From NCBI GenBank assembly GCA_030431255.1, contig JAUIJL010000006.1:155850-219849 (forward strand): a stretch of DNA of 64,000 bases. Reading direction: 5' to 3'. The notes beneath the pieces are model-generated. The model made no database searches and was not told the origin of the DNA. It worked only from the letters and a program-made list of their open reading frames with translations. Position 1 is the stretch's first letter. Each line of letters starts with the position of its first letter. This DNA is from Thermoanaerobaculia bacterium. GTDB lineage: Bacteria; Acidobacteriota; Thermoanaerobaculia; Multivoradales; J023. A program made the position numbers and the translations under genes. This document shows, in pieces, positions 37,025 through 47,558 of the stretch.

Positions 37025-37062
37025 CCCCGCGCTTTACTCTCAAAGAGCGCGGGGTGTTTTTT
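37025..37062 (+). terminator. Intrinsic-terminator-like element: 9-bp GC-rich stem (CCCCGCGCT/AGCGCGGGG) + TGTTTTTT on the + strand, orphan (no + strand gene upstream)
   Basis: Sequence cccccgcgctttactctcaaagagcgcggggtgttttttg read directly. Lies in the queD(−)/acnA(−) intergenic region. Confidence 0.4.
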
Positions 37063-37153
37063 GTGCCCACCCAGCGAAACCGAAACATCTGCGGTGGCGA
37101 CCCGGGCCGCCCCTCAAAGGCCTGCGCCGAGCGGCCAACCGCGGAATTCACGA

Positions 37154-39865
37154 TCAGAGCAGCTGACGCAGCACGTACTGCAAAATGCCACCGTGGTGGT
37201 AATAAGCCACCTCTTGAGGGGTGTCCAACCGAACCACGACTTTAAACTCGGTCTTGGTTCCGTCGTCGGCGGTGGCAACCACGTCGAGCTTACGCCCCCC
37301 CTCGAACTCTCCTTCCACCAAGCCGGCGATACCTTCGATGTCGATCGTCTCCCGGCCGGTGAGCCCCAGGCCCTCCGCGGTGGTGCCGGGCTCGAGCTCC
37401 AGGGGCAGCACCCCCATGCCGATCAGATTCGACCGATGGATGCGCTCGTAGCTTTGGGTGATCACCGCCCGAATGCCCAGCAGCCGGGAGCCCTTGGCGG
37501 CCCAATCCCGCGACGAGCCGGTGCCGTATTCCTTGCCGGCGATCACCACCAGCGGCACGTTCTCTTCCTGGTATTTCATCGCCGCGTCGTAAATCGACAT
37601 CGACTCGCCGGAAGGAATGTGCTCCGTATAGCCGCCCTCGATCTCCGGCACCAATTTGTTGCGCAGTCGCACGTTGGCAAAGGTGCCGCGCATCATCACC
37701 TCGTGGTTGCCGCGCCGGGATCCATAGGAGTTGAAGTCCCGAACGTGGACCCCATGGCTGGTCAGATACTCGCCGGCGGGGCTCTTCAGCTTGATGGCAC
37801 CGGCCGGTGAGATGTGATCGGTGGTGACGGTATCGCCCAAATAGGCCAGCACCCGGGCGCCGTGGATGTCCGACGGAACGGAGGGCTCCCGATCCATGTC
37901 GGTGAAGAAGCTCGGCAGACGCACGTAGGTCGAATCCGCTTGCCAATCGAAAGTCGAGCCTTTGGGGGTCGGCAGCGCCTGCCACTGCTCCGGACCGGTG
38001 AAGACGTCACGATATTCCGTCTCGAACATTTCCGCTTTCAAACAAGCATTAACCGCCGCGGCGATCTCGTCATTCGAGGGCCAAACATCTTTCAGATACA
38101 CCGGGCCGTTTTTGCCCTCGCCCAGCGGCTCGTTGTAGATGTCGATATCCACCCGGCCGGCCAGGGCGTAGGCCACCACCAGGGGCGGCGAAGCCAGGTA
38201 GTTGGCGCGCACATCGGAGCTGATGCGCCCTTCGAAGTTGCGGTTGCCGGACAACACGGACGTCGCCACCAAGCCGTTGTCGTTGATCGCTTTGGAGATC
38301 TCGGGCCGAAGCGGTCCGCTATTGCCGATGCAAGTGGTGCACCCGTAACCCACCACGTGGAAGCGCAAGGCTTCCAGGTGGTCCATGAGATTCGCTTCCT
38401 CCAGGTAGCGGGTCACGACCTTGGAGCCGGGGGCCAGGCTGGACTTGACCCACGGACGGGTCTGCAGACCCAGCTCGTGGGCTTTCTTGGCCACCAAGCC
38501 GGCCGCCACCATGACCGACGGGTTGGAGGTATTGGTACAGCTGGTGATCGCCGCGATCACCACCGAGCCGTGGTCGATTTCGAAGGTCTCGCCGTCCATG
38601 GTGACCTGCACCGCGGTTTTCTCCGCCACCGCCGCGCCACCGCCCTCGTCCGCCGCGGACGACACTCCCTTGAGGCTGTCGAGCTGGGACTCGAAGGTGG
38701 TGTGCACCTTGGATAGGAGGATGCGATCTTGAGGCCGCTTCGGGCCCGCGAGACTCGGCTCGACCGTGGAGAGATCCAGCTCGAGCACATCGGTGTAGAT
38801 GGCTTCCGGAGTCGACGCGGTGTGGAAGAGACCTTGCTCTTTCATATACGCCTCAGCCAAGGCCACCTGCTCGGGAGAGCGGTTGGTGAAGCGCATGTAG
38901 TCGAGGCTCACCTCGTCGACGGGGAAGATGCCACAAGTGGCGCCATATTCCGGCGCCATATTGCTGATGGTGGCGCGATCGGCGAGCGGCAGATTCTCCA
39001 AACCGGGGCCGAAGAACTCGACGAATTTGCCCACCACACCGCGGGCGCGCAACATCTCGACCACCCGCAACACCAAGTCCGTGGCCGTGGCCCCTTCCGA
39101 CAGACGACCCTTGAGGCGGAAACCCACCACCTGCGGAATGAGCATCGAAATCGGTTGGCCGAGCATGGCCGCCTCGGCTTCAATGCCGCCGACGCCCCAG
39201 CCGAGCACACCGATGCCGTTGATCATGGTGGTGTGGGAGTCGGTGCCGACCAGGGTGTCGGGGTAGGCGAAGGGGTTGTCTCCTTCGCCGGCCATCACCA
39301 CCCGGGCGAGATACTCCAGGTTGACCTGGTGCACGATGCCGGTGGCCGGGGGCACGACTTTGAAATTCTTGAAGGCGTTTTGGCCCCAACGCAAGAAGGC
39401 GTAGCGCTCGTAGTTGCGCTCGAACTCGCGCTCGGCATTGATCAGCAGCGCCGCCTCTTTGCCGTATTCGTCGACCTGCACGGAATGGTCGATCACCAAC
39501 TCGGCCGGCTGGAGCGGGTTGATCTTCTCCGGATCGCCACCCATGGCGACCATGGCGTCGCGCATGGCGGCCAAATCCACCACCGCGGGCACGCCGGTGA
39601 AGTCTTGTAGCAGGACCCTTCCGGGCATGAAAGCAATCTCTACGCTCGGCTCGGCATCGGGATCCCAATTCGCAACCGCTTCAATATCACCGGCGTCGAC
39701 GGCACCACCGTCCTCGCGACGCAGCAGATTTTCGAGCAAGATGCGGGTTGCGAACGGCAACCGGGACAAATCGTAGCCTTGGTCGGCCAGGGCAGGCAGA
39801 CTCGCGATGCGGTAGCTACGGTCGCCGACCTTCAATTCCTTAAGCGTAGAGAAGCTATCCTTCAT
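37154..39865 (-). CDS. acnA: Aconitate hydratase A
   Basis: 903 aa. N-terminus [26 protein letters not shown]...[12 protein letters not shown] and C-terminal swivel domain are typical of AcnA/IRP-type aconitases. Confidence 0.9.
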   Translation of the reverse strand: MKDSFSTLKELKVGDRSYRIASLPALADQGYDLSRLPFATRILLENLLRREDGGAVDAGDIEAVANWDPDAEPSVEIAFMPGRVLLQDFTGVPAVVDLAAMRDAMVAMGGDPEKINPLQPAELVIDHSVQVDEYGKEAALLINAEREFERNYERYAFLRWGQNAFKNFKVVPPATGIVHQVNLEYLARVVMAGEGDNPFAYPDTLVGTDSHTTMINGIGVLGWGVGGIEAEAAMLGQPISMLIPQVVGFRLKGRLSEGATATDLVLRVVEMLRARGVVGKFVEFFGPGLENLPLADRATISNMAPEYGATCGIFPVDEVSLDYMRFTNRSPEQVALAEAYMKEQGLFHTASTPEAIYTDVLELDLSTVEPSLAGPKRPQDRILLSKVHTTFESQLDSLKGVSSAADEGGGAAVAEKTAVQVTMDGETFEIDHGSVVIAAITSCTNTSNPSVMVAAGLVAKKAHELGLQTRPWVKSSLAPGSKVVTRYLEEANLMDHLEALRFHVVGYGCTTCIGNSGPLRPEISKAINDNGLVATSVLSGNRNFEGRISSDVRANYLASPPLVVAYALAGRVDIDIYNEPLGEGKNGPVYLKDVWPSNDEIAAAVNACLKAEMFETEYRDVFTGPEQWQALPTPKGSTFDWQADSTYVRLPSFFTDMDREPSVPSDIHGARVLAYLGDTVTTDHISPAGAIKLKSPAGEYLTSHGVHVRDFNSYGSRRGNHEVMMRGTFANVRLRNKLVPEIEGGYTEHIPSGESMSIYDAAMKYQEENVPLVVIAGKEYGTGSSRDWAAKGSRLLGIRAVITQSYERIHRSNLIGMGVLPLELEPGTTAEGLGLTGRETIDIEGIAGLVEGEFEGGRKLDVVATADDGTKTEFKVVVRLDTPQEVAYYHHGGILQYVLRQLL

Positions 39866-40147
39866 TCTGGACCTCGTCTGGAGCTCACGTTGGGCGGCGA
39901 GGCCTGACTCGGCGCCGCACCGTGGCCGGGGATATTTGACGTAAATTGAGTCTTTGGACAGCCGTTGGGATCGACAATTCAGGGATGGCTAGAGTCCGAA
40001 TCGATGGCTCCAGAGACACGGACCCAAAGACTATCGAAAAACGGCCTTCCAAGGAAGACCGCTAGCCCATGGCGAGCCGATGTCGAGAGCACGACCGCTC
40101 AGAATTTAGCGACCGGCTCCAGCCAGGGCTGTTAAGATAAGAGGCCT

Positions 40148-40702
40148 ATGTCTGACACGAGCACCTTAGACACACCCCTCCTGCTCCTGGCCATGCCCCA
40201 GGTCCACGATCCCTGTTTCCATCGCAGTGTCGTCTTGCTGGTTCGACACGAGCAAGAAGGTAGCCTGGGATTTATCGTCAACCGACCGACCGAGCTCAAA
40301 ATCGGCGAGATTCTCGAAGATTTAGAGGTCGATTGGGTCGGTGACGAAAACTCGCCGGCCTACTTTGGAGGGCCCGTCAATCCTGAGCTCGGCACCCTCG
40401 TGTACCTCGAACGGGAGCTCGAAGACGACGAGCTACCGGTGAATCCTCAAACCATCGGTGATTTGGACGAGGTCTCCCAGCTGCCTCCCGGATCCTTCCG
40501 CCTATTTCTCGGTTATGCCGGTTGGGGCGAAGGTCAGCTCGAGCAGGAGCTGCTACGAAACGATTGGCTGATCGCGCCGGTTCAACGCCGGCTGATCTTT
40601 ACGGATTCGCCCGATTCCGTCTGGCGCAACGCTTTTGAATCGGTGGGGGTCAATCCCGACCTGCTGGCCTCTTATAACCACGACGGCTCGGACGTGAATT
40701 GA
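40148..40702 (+). CDS. yqgE: YqgE/AlgH family protein (UPF0301)
   Basis: 184 aa. LLLAMPQVHDPCFHRSVVLLVRHEQEGSLGFIVNRP...LFLGYAGWGEGQLEQE is the conserved YqgE/AlgH signature. Confidence 0.8.
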   Translation: MSDTSTLDTPLLLLAMPQVHDPCFHRSVVLLVRHEQEGSLGFIVNRPTELKIGEILEDLEVDWVGDENSPAYFGGPVNPELGTLVYLERELEDDELPVNPQTIGDLDEVSQLPPGSFRLFLGYAGWGEGQLEQELLRNDWLIAPVQRRLIFTDSPDSVWRNAFESVGVNPDLLASYNHDGSDVN

Positions 40703-40724
40703 CGCCCTGAGGAGGGCTTTCCCC

Positions 40725-41480
40725 ATGAAAACAGCCATTGTCACCGGCGGCAGCGCCGGTATTGGTGAAGCGACGGTACGCCGACTTCACCACGACGGGT
40801 TTCGCGTGATCACCGGCGCCCGCCGGCTCGACAAGCTCGAGCACATCACCGGGCCCCTCGACCACGCCACCGCGCTCTCCCTCGACGTCACCGACCCGGA
40901 TAGCATCGATCGTTTCGTCGCCGACGCCGTGGCTGCGGCCGGAGACGACGGCATCGCGGTGTTGGTCAACAATGCCGGGGCGGCCCTGGGGTTGGAATCC
41001 GTGGCCGAGGCGCGGGAGGATCTCTGGCAGCGCATGTTCGAGCTCAACGTCATGGGCGTGCTGCGCATGACCAAAGCTCTGCTTCCCCAGCTGATCGCCT
41101 CCGGAGACGGCCATATTTTGAACGTCGGCTCCATCGCGGGATTCGAGACCTATCCCGGCGGCGGCGGTTATACCGCGTCCAAGCACGCCTTGCGCGCGGT
41201 CACCCGGACCTTGCGGATCGAGCTGCTCGGCAAGCCCGTGCGGGTCACGGAGGTGGCCCCGGGGCTGGTGGAAACCGAGTTTTCCCTGGTGCGATTCGAG
41301 CAAGACGCTAAACGGGCCAAGGGCGTTTATTCGGGCATGCAGCCGCTCACCGGCGAGGACATCGCCGACTGCATTGCCTGGGCGGTCACCCGGCCGGCCC
41401 ACGTCAACATCGATGAAATCCTGGTCCGTCCACGGGCCCAAGCCACTGCCACCGCGGTTTACCGTGAGCCGACTAGCTGA
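40725..41480 (+). CDS. SDR family NAD(P)-dependent oxidoreductase (YdfG/serine-3-dehydrogenase-like)
   Basis: TGGSAGIG (TGxxxGxG), NNAG, and catalytic S...YxxxK (YTASKHA). Confidence 0.8.
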   Translation: MKTAIVTGGSAGIGEATVRRLHHDGFRVITGARRLDKLEHITGPLDHATALSLDVTDPDSIDRFVADAVAAAGDDGIAVLVNNAGAALGLESVAEAREDLWQRMFELNVMGVLRMTKALLPQLIASGDGHILNVGSIAGFETYPGGGGYTASKHALRAVTRTLRIELLGKPVRVTEVAPGLVETEFSLVRFEQDAKRAKGVYSGMQPLTGEDIADCIAWAVTRPAHVNIDEILVRPRAQATATAVYREPTS

Positions 41481-41498
41481 CCGAGGGTAGGAGAGAAC

Positions 41499-41705
41499 AT
41501 GGATCCCGAAAAGATGAAGGCGGCCTACCAGCGATTGGAAGCTCTTGACGAACGGCTGAGCTACAAGATTCGCCCAAAGAGCGGTTATACCCAGCCGAGC
41601 GCCGACCAAATCAACGCTCACCTCACCGATGTGGCCAACTACACCCTCGAGCTTAAAGACATCGTCCGCGACCTGATGCTCGCCTTCGCCAGCCGCAAGA
41701 CCTAA
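41499..41705 (+). CDS. Small hypothetical protein (68 aa)
   Basis: ORF preceded by a GGAGAG SD-like sequence. Coiled, charged sequence; no family recognised. Confidence 0.35.
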   Translation: MDPEKMKAAYQRLEALDERLSYKIRPKSGYTQPSADQINAHLTDVANYTLELKDIVRDLMLAFASRKT

Positions 41706-41717
41706 CGACGATCACGA

Positions 41718-42161
41718 TCAGCTCAGCCCGGAAGAGCCGAAGCCGCCGCTGCCGCGCTCGGTCTCGGGCAGAGCATCGACCACTTGCCATTCCACGGCCT
41801 CGACCCGGGCGAAGACGACCTGGGCGATGCGATGTCCCCGTTCGATGACGAAAGGCTCGGGGCCGTGGTTGATCAACAACACCTGGACCTCACCGCGATA
41901 GTCGCTGTCGATGGTGCCCGGGCTGTTGAGCACGGTGATGCCGTGGCGACGGGCCAGACCGCTGCGGGGCCTTACCTGAGCTTCCCAGCTCGCCGGCAAG
42001 GCCATGGCGAGGCCCGTGGGGATTGCGACGAAGGACCCGGGCACTAGGGTGACCGGCTCGTCGACCGCGGCACGCAGGTCGAAGCCGGCGCTGCCGCCCG
42101 ACGCACGTTCGGGCAGGGGTAGGCCCCGCCCGTGGTCCAGGATTGAAATCAGCACGCCCAT
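41718..42161 (-). CDS. dut: dUTP diphosphatase
   Basis: [36 protein letters not shown] are the dUTPase motifs 1-5. 147 aa. Confidence 0.9.
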   Translation of the reverse strand: MGVLISILDHGRGLPLPERASGGSAGFDLRAAVDEPVTLVPGSFVAIPTGLAMALPASWEAQVRPRSGLARRHGITVLNSPGTIDSDYRGEVQVLLINHGPEPFVIERGHRIAQVVFARVEAVEWQVVDALPETERGSGGFGSSGLS

Positions 42162-42169
42162 ACCCTGAT

Positions 42170-43069
42170 CTATCCCTTGGATTGGATCGGCGGTGCGCCG
42201 TCACCCCGAATGTCCGGTCGGGTCGTGGGAGATGGGGGAGCGTTCAGATCGCCGCCGCCACCGCCCGGATTGTTGGGGTTCGGTTTCTGTTGCTTCGGCT
42301 CGCTCGATGGCTGGGGCGTTTGGGGGACCACCCCTTCGGGCCAATTACCCGTGATCTCCCAGGCCAAAAACGGCGTCAGCAACGACGGATTCGCGGGTCC
42401 ACCCTGCTTTTGGGTGGCGTAGAGCTCGACCGTGAACTGCCATTCGTTGAGATTTTCTTTTCCCAGAAATCGCAAGACCGACTCCTCGGACATCGCCGCG
42501 TAAACACCCCGGATCTGCATGTTTGAAGGGGGTGCGCCGAAGGTCTCCTCGGGGTCGGCCGAGAGAATGGTGCCGGGCGCCTCACCACCTCGCCCTTGGT
42601 CGAGCTCGTCATCCTCACCGAAACCATCGTCTTCGCCGAAGCCGCCACCCAGCTCCTGCGGCTGACCGGGCTGCCCCTGTTGACCTGGCTGACCTGGCTG
42701 ACCGGGCCGCAGCCCCGCCGGCACCAATCCCCAGCGGCCGTCCTCGCGCATGGGGTTTTCCCACAGCCGCCGGATACATCGAGGCTCGACCTCGATCAAC
42801 TCCTTGAGCTGGTTCGGATATCGGTTGTAGCGGGCCTGAAAAACCCGGATCGCCTCGGCGTATTGCATGCCGCGGAAGATCAGCTCCGCCTCTTTATCCC
42901 GTTGGATTTGATGGCTCCACACCGGCAAGCTGGACGCCACCCAGATGTTGAGCAGGGTCACCGCCACCGTCAGCACCACCAAGTTGTAGGCCCGCCGGCT
43001 CCCTGGTGCACGAAACGACAAGTCCGAGACGCGGCGTCTCAAACGCGTCAGGCGGCCCTGCGGCGTCAT
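42170..43069 (-). CDS. Putative type II secretion minor component (GspK-like?) with Gln/Pro/Gly-rich C-terminus
   Basis: Start ATG 43069 overlaps the upstream pseudopilin stop (ATGA). N-terminal single TM ([19 protein letters not shown]), then a periplasmic domain. Placement after pseudopilins suggests GspK/minor pseudopilin. Weak. Confidence 0.35.
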   Translation of the reverse strand: MTPQGRLTRLRRRVSDLSFRAPGSRRAYNLVVLTVAVTLLNIWVASSLPVWSHQIQRDKEAELIFRGMQYAEAIRVFQARYNRYPNQLKELIEVEPRCIRRLWENPMREDGRWGLVPAGLRPGQPGQPGQQGQPGQPQELGGGFGEDDGFGEDDELDQGRGGEAPGTILSADPEETFGAPPSNMQIRGVYAAMSEESVLRFLGKENLNEWQFTVELYATQKQGGPANPSLLTPFLAWEITGNWPEGVVPQTPQPSSEPKQQKPNPNNPGGGGGDLNAPPSPTTRPDIRGDGAPPIQSKG

Positions 43070-43085
43070 CCCGTCACCCACGACG

Positions 43086-43553
43086 TCACCACTCGGAGTA
43101 GGGCTCGCCTTCGAGGGAGCTTTGGGTCGACTTGGAGTAGACGTCGATGATGCCCGCGGCCGCGCCACCGTCGATGAAGTCCGATTCGACCGCCCCTTCT
43201 TCGGCGCCTTCCTGATCGTAGACCAAGCCCCAATCCTCCGATTCCATGATCGGATCGATGGGCACGTTGCGCAGATAACCCTCCTCGACCAGCGCGTCGA
43301 GGGACGGCGGATAGACCCCTTTGTCGCCATAGTGCTGATCGATCACCTCGCGCAGAGTGCGCAGATTCGTTTTCAGCACCGCTTCTTTGGCCCGGCGTGG
43401 GGTGTTGATCATGTTCGGCATGGCGATCGCCGCCAAAATGCCGATGATCGAGATGACGATGATCAGCTCCAAGAGGGTAAATCCTCGGCGACGCGATGCG
43501 ACGTTTTGGCTGGGCGCCGGCACCAAAGAGCTGGGGTGGGGATTGGGAATCAT
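43086..43553 (-). CDS. gspG: Type II secretion major pseudopilin (GspG-like) / type IV pilin-like protein
   Basis: Prepilin leader ending ...RRRG|FTLLELIIVISIIGILAAIA (class III signal, Glu+5), then NTPRRAKEAV. Start ATG 43553. The overlapping ORF 43066..43710 in another frame is rejected. Confidence 0.75.
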   Translation of the reverse strand: MIPNPHPSSLVPAPSQNVASRRRGFTLLELIIVISIIGILAAIAMPNMINTPRRAKEAVLKTNLRTLREVIDQHYGDKGVYPPSLDALVEEGYLRNVPIDPIMESEDWGLVYDQEGAEEGAVESDFIDGGAAAGIIDVYSKSTQSSLEGEPYSEW

Positions 43554-43576
43554 GGGAATACCTTTTCGCTCGCGGC

Positions 43577-44062
43577 TCACCACTCGGAGTAGGGGATGTC
43601 GTTGAGACCGATGCCGCTCGACAGGGAGTAGACGTCGTATACGTTCTCTCCTCCCCACGAGCTGGCGTCGAAATCGTCTTGATAGCTGCGCAAGCCCCAT
43701 TCCGCTTCACCGGTCATGGGATCGATCGGAATCCGACGCAAGAACCTTTGGTTTTTGTCGATCTGGCCTACCAGCTCGACCCCTTCGACCAAGATTTCGA
43801 GCTCGGCGGGATAACCCTCGGTGCCGAGCTCCACCGGTAGAAGCCCGGCGTCGCTGAAGCGCTTGTAGTCGTCGATAGCGTTGCGCATTTGGCGCAGAGC
43901 TTTTCGCAGCTCGATTTCCTTCTGGCGCCGGACGGTAAATCTAGCGACCGGGAAGACCGTCAAGGAAAGTATCGAGAGCAGGGTGCAGACCACCAACAGC
44001 TCCGTCATGCTATAACCCGCCATCGCGCGACGCTTGCGAGTCATTTGATTCAAGACGGTCAT
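43577..44062 (-). CDS. Pseudopilin / type IV pilin-like protein (second copy)
   Basis: ...AMAG|YSMTELLVVCTLLSILSLTV is a prepilin N-terminal methylation motif. Start uncertain (ATG 44062 or 44044). Confidence 0.65.
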   Translation of the reverse strand: MTVLNQMTRKRRAMAGYSMTELLVVCTLLSILSLTVFPVARFTVRRQKEIELRKALRQMRNAIDDYKRFSDAGLLPVELGTEGYPAELEILVEGVELVGQIDKNQRFLRRIPIDPMTGEAEWGLRSYQDDFDASSWGGENVYDVYSLSSGIGLNDIPYSEW

Positions 44063-44197
44063 AGCTTGGGTCCTAGGCTCATGGAACGGATGGTGAAGAA
44101 CAGATGCCGGCTGCCGGCGCACTGTATTTGCCGGAGCAAAGGGCGGCCGCGGCCGCCCTTTGCTTTCAGTCCTTTTACGTAATCGGGCCCCGGAGCG

Positions 44198-46126
44198 TTA
44201 GTTCTCTTCCTCGTCGTCACTCTTCTTGAACGGATCGTCGAAACCGGACGGCGCCAAGTCCACCCCTTGGGGGGCTTCCTCGACCGGCTCCTCAGAGCCC
44301 TCGTCACCGGCGTCTTGGAGACCTCGGGGAAGAGAGCGTAGGCGCTCACGCAAACGCTCGCGGACTCGGGTGCGGGCATCGGCATCGCCGTCGAACGGAC
44401 CTTCGACATCCGACTCGACCCGCGGGCTACCGCCCCGGAAGGTGATGTTGCTTTCGGTGCCGACCCAGATGGGCAGCAGGTCGTTGCGCTCGATGGACGC
44501 CCGACGGATCACGTGCGGGGTCAAGGTGAGCACGATGTCGGTCCGGCGACGCTCGTTGGAGACGTTGGTGAAAAGGCGGCCGAGCACCGGAATATCCGAA
44601 AGGCCCGGAATGCCCGACTCCGATTGGGATTCCTCGGCGCGGATCAAACCGGCGAGGAAATTGGTCTCGCCGTCGCGCAGGCGGATATTGGACTCGATGG
44701 TTCGGGTTCCGATCACCGGCTGCTGCTGACCGCCGGAGCCGGTGACGAACGAGGTGATGTCGGACACCTCGACCTTCACCTTGAGGGAGACCTCTTGGTT
44801 GTGGTGAACCCGCGGCTCGAGCTCAATCTTGATGCCGACCTCTTGGTATTGAAAGGAGGTCACCGGGACGATGTTGCCGCCCACCGTATTCGAGGTGTTG
44901 AAGGTGGTGGTAGGAATCGGCACCCGATCACCGATCACCAACGAAGCCTTCTCGCCCTCGGTGATGCGCAGCTTCGGCTGGGCCAACGCTTGGGCGTCGC
45001 CGGCGCTTTTCAGGAAATCGAAAAGGAAGCTAGGCACGGTGAGCACCCAGTTGTTCTGATTCAGATACTGCAGGTCGGAGATGCGCAGGGGCACATTCTC
45101 ACCACCGAGGTCGAGGCTCGAGCTGATGCTGTTCTCCGACAGGCTCAAACCCAGATCCTGCAATTTGTTGGTGTTGATCTGCAGCAGCTCGACGTCGACC
45201 ACCACCTCGGCCTTGGCCTTGTCGTTGGCCAGGATGATCTGCTCGGCGACCTTCACCTTGTCGGCGGTGTCGCGCAACACGATGGCGTTGAGCTGCTCGT
45301 TGGCGGCCACGTGCTTGGCACCGATCAAGCTGCGCACCATGGTCATCACGTCCTTCACCTCGGCGTTGTCGAGGAAGAAGGTCTGGATGACTTGGTCTTC
45401 GTAGTTGCGACGATTCTGCGGTGTGTCGTCGGCGATGATGATCGAGTGCTCGTCCAACACCTTGTAGAAGTGGCCGACGGTGCGCATCAGGATTTCCAGG
45501 CCACCTTGAGCGGTCACTTCCTTGAGCTCGATGGAGATCTCTTGGTCCTTCAGCTTGGGATCGAAGAGCACATTGACGCCGAACGCCTTGCCCAACGCCC
45601 GGTAGATATCCATCACCGACGCGGGCTTGGAGAAGATCAAATCGATGGGGTCGTCGGAGCGCGGGTTGAGGATCGGCGGCTGCGCCCGCGCGCCTTCCAC
45701 CCCCTCCTTCATCTCCGCGATGGTCTGGATGCCCTCTCCGCCTTCGGCCAGGGCTTTCATCTCGTCGACCACCCGGCCGAGCTCGGCCTCGGCAAATTGA
45801 TTCGTGGGGTCGAGCTCAATGGCTTGGCGATATTCCACCAAAGCCCGCTCCAGGACACCGGCGTTGTGGAATTTCTTGCCCCTCTGGACGTGCTTTTGCG
45901 AAGCCTGGATCTTGGCCCGCATCAACGCGGCGCGATAGGCGATGTTGTCCGGGTCCTGACGAACCGCCTCCAGGTATCTGAGGACCGCTTCGTCCCAATC
46001 TCCGGTCTGCTCCGCGGCTTGGGCCTGGCGGAAATGGCCTTGGGTGGCACAGCCCGAGATAAGGACCGCCATCAATAGTGCCGAAAGTGCGCCGATCCAC
46101 GGCCGCACCGGTCGTGCGTTTCGCAT
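44198..46126 (-). CDS. gspD: Secretin (GspD/PilQ family) with N-terminal lipoprotein signal and TPR module
   Basis: Signal LLMAVLISGC (lipobox). TPR-like AVLRYLEAVRQDPDNIAYRAALMRAKIQ...ERALVEYRQAIELDPTNQF. N-domains, then C-terminal secretin domain (...VLTLTPHVIR). Start ATG 46126. Confidence 0.8.
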   Translation of the reverse strand: MRNARPVRPWIGALSALLMAVLISGCATQGHFRQAQAAEQTGDWDEAVLRYLEAVRQDPDNIAYRAALMRAKIQASQKHVQRGKKFHNAGVLERALVEYRQAIELDPTNQFAEAELGRVVDEMKALAEGGEGIQTIAEMKEGVEGARAQPPILNPRSDDPIDLIFSKPASVMDIYRALGKAFGVNVLFDPKLKDQEISIELKEVTAQGGLEILMRTVGHFYKVLDEHSIIIADDTPQNRRNYEDQVIQTFFLDNAEVKDVMTMVRSLIGAKHVAANEQLNAIVLRDTADKVKVAEQIILANDKAKAEVVVDVELLQINTNKLQDLGLSLSENSISSSLDLGGENVPLRISDLQYLNQNNWVLTVPSFLFDFLKSAGDAQALAQPKLRITEGEKASLVIGDRVPIPTTTFNTSNTVGGNIVPVTSFQYQEVGIKIELEPRVHHNQEVSLKVKVEVSDITSFVTGSGGQQQPVIGTRTIESNIRLRDGETNFLAGLIRAEESQSESGIPGLSDIPVLGRLFTNVSNERRRTDIVLTLTPHVIRRASIERNDLLPIWVGTESNITFRGGSPRVESDVEGPFDGDADARTRVRERLRERLRSLPRGLQDAGDEGSEEPVEEAPQGVDLAPSGFDDPFKKSDDEEEN

Positions 46127-46173
46127 GCTTCTCAATCTCCTCGCTCCCTCGAGCGAATCCAAGGGACCCACGA

Positions 46174-46758
46174 TCAGCGCTCGCCGATCTCGATTCGGGT
46201 CGTTTCGTCTTCTGGAAAATCGACGAAACGAAATTCCACCCACTGAAGGCCTATTTCGTTGACGATGAATTGATCCTTGATCACGTCCTCGTGCAACGCA
46301 TTGATGATCTCTTTGCCGTCTATCAACACCGCGATTCGGCGATCCTCAGGGCCGAAAATGCCGAGCAGGTCCAGATCCACCGGCGGCGGTCGACGAACCG
46401 GCGGCCCCGGATCCACCACCGGCGGCGGAGGGGGAGGGGGCACATACGGCGGAGGAGGGGGCGGTGGGGGCGGTGCCACCCGACGTTGACCGTAGCGGAA
46501 AATATTCCGGTTCGGCTCGTAGGTGGCAGCCTCGGCGTTCAGGTCTTCCAGCTTGACCATCACCACGGGTCTTTTGGTGATTCGCTTGGTTTTGGCCACC
46601 CTCTTACTGGCTCTCGATTGCCCAGCCTTCTCACTGGTCCAACCCTTCATCGCCGGCAAGACGAACCGCCAACCGACCACCAGAAGCAAAGCGATCAGCA
46701 GAAGATTGAGCATCTTCTTTTGTTGCTCGGGGCTGCCCAGCCCGCCGCCTTGTCTCAT
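46174..46758 (-). CDS. PilP/GspC-like secretin-interacting protein (TM + poly-Pro linker + C-terminal beta domain)
   Basis: TM LLLIALLLVVGW, linker APPPPPPPPPYVPPPPPPP, C-terminal RIAVLIDGKEIINALHEDVIKDQFIVNEI (PilP/HR-domain-like). Sits immediately upstream of the secretin. Confidence 0.45.
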   Translation of the reverse strand: MRQGGGLGSPEQQKKMLNLLLIALLLVVGWRFVLPAMKGWTSEKAGQSRASKRVAKTKRITKRPVVMVKLEDLNAEAATYEPNRNIFRYGQRRVAPPPPPPPPPYVPPPPPPPVVDPGPPVRRPPPVDLDLLGIFGPEDRRIAVLIDGKEIINALHEDVIKDQFIVNEIGLQWVEFRFVDFPEDETTRIEIGER

Positions 46759-47558
46759 GTTTCTTCGTCCTCTTCAGGCGTCGACCCGTTGTCGCCTTCC
46801 GGCAAACCTTCTGTCGACAGCTCTTGGCTCGGCAAAGCTCGTGTCGATTCTTCTACGCTGCCCGGGCTCTCCGCATCTAGGCTTTCTTCGCCCTCGGGAT
46901 CTTCTTCGTCGTCGATGTCTACCGACAGCTCCATCGTCGGATCGAGGGCGGTGCCTTCGGTGAGCACCTCGTTGGCCAGCTCCAGGGATTCGGCATCGTT
47001 CTGGGCAAACATGGTGGAGGCACCGAAGCGCAATTGCAGGCGCGCGTCGCGATCCCCTTTGCCACCGGCCAGCTTCACCGATTCCAGGGTCAGAAATTGA
47101 TCGGTCAGCTCCAGAAAGTTGATGAACGTCCGGAGCTGGTCGTAGGTGCCGTCGACGGAAAAGCGAATTCCCAGTCGATTGAGCTCGTAGGCGTCGATCT
47201 CACTACCCGGGTAGGAAAAGCTCCGCGGATCCAAGCCGGCTCGCCGAGCGAGGGTTCGAATTTCCCGAAGCACCCGCGTGAATCGCTCACTTTCAGTGGC
47301 GAAGTGATCTCTGTACAAGGTGCCGACCTGGCGGTCCTGCTCGGCGACTCGTTGCAGGAATTCCTCTGCTCGCTCCACCTCCGAGCGGTGGCTTTCGAGC
47401 CTCGTCGCCCGATTGCCGTAGCGATCTTCCAACTTGTCCAGCTGGCCCGCATAGGTCGCCTGGTAGTAGAAGATCCCACCCAGGCAGAGTGAGACGAAGG
47501 CCGCGGGGAGCCACCAGACCCAGGAGCGCTGACGCCAAGCCGCGAATTTATCGTTCAT
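46755..47558 (-). CDS. PilO/GspM-like inner-membrane alignment protein
   Basis: Start ATG 47558 overlaps the upstream stop. N-terminal TM (WVWWLPAAFVSLCLGGIFYY), a coiled coil, then a domain. Acidic C-terminal tail. Confidence 0.5.
   Translation of the reverse strand: MNDKFAAWRQRSWVWWLPAAFVSLCLGGIFYYQATYAGQLDKLEDRYGNRATRLESHRSEVERAEEFLQRVAEQDRQVGTLYRDHFATESERFTRVLREIRTLARRAGLDPRSFSYPGSEIDAYELNRLGIRFSVDGTYDQLRTFINFLELTDQFLTLESVKLAGGKGDRDARLQLRFGASTMFAQNDAESLELANEVLTEGTALDPTMELSVDIDDEEDPEGEESLDAESPGSVEESTRALPSQELSTEGLPEGDNGSTPEEDEET

Noticed and set aside
43070-43330. First 87 codons of ORF 42170..43330 and the ORF 43066..43710
   Set aside because: Both overlap the bona fide pseudopilin gene (43086..43553) in other frames. 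The downstream gene starts at ATG 43069 overlapping the pseudopilin stop.
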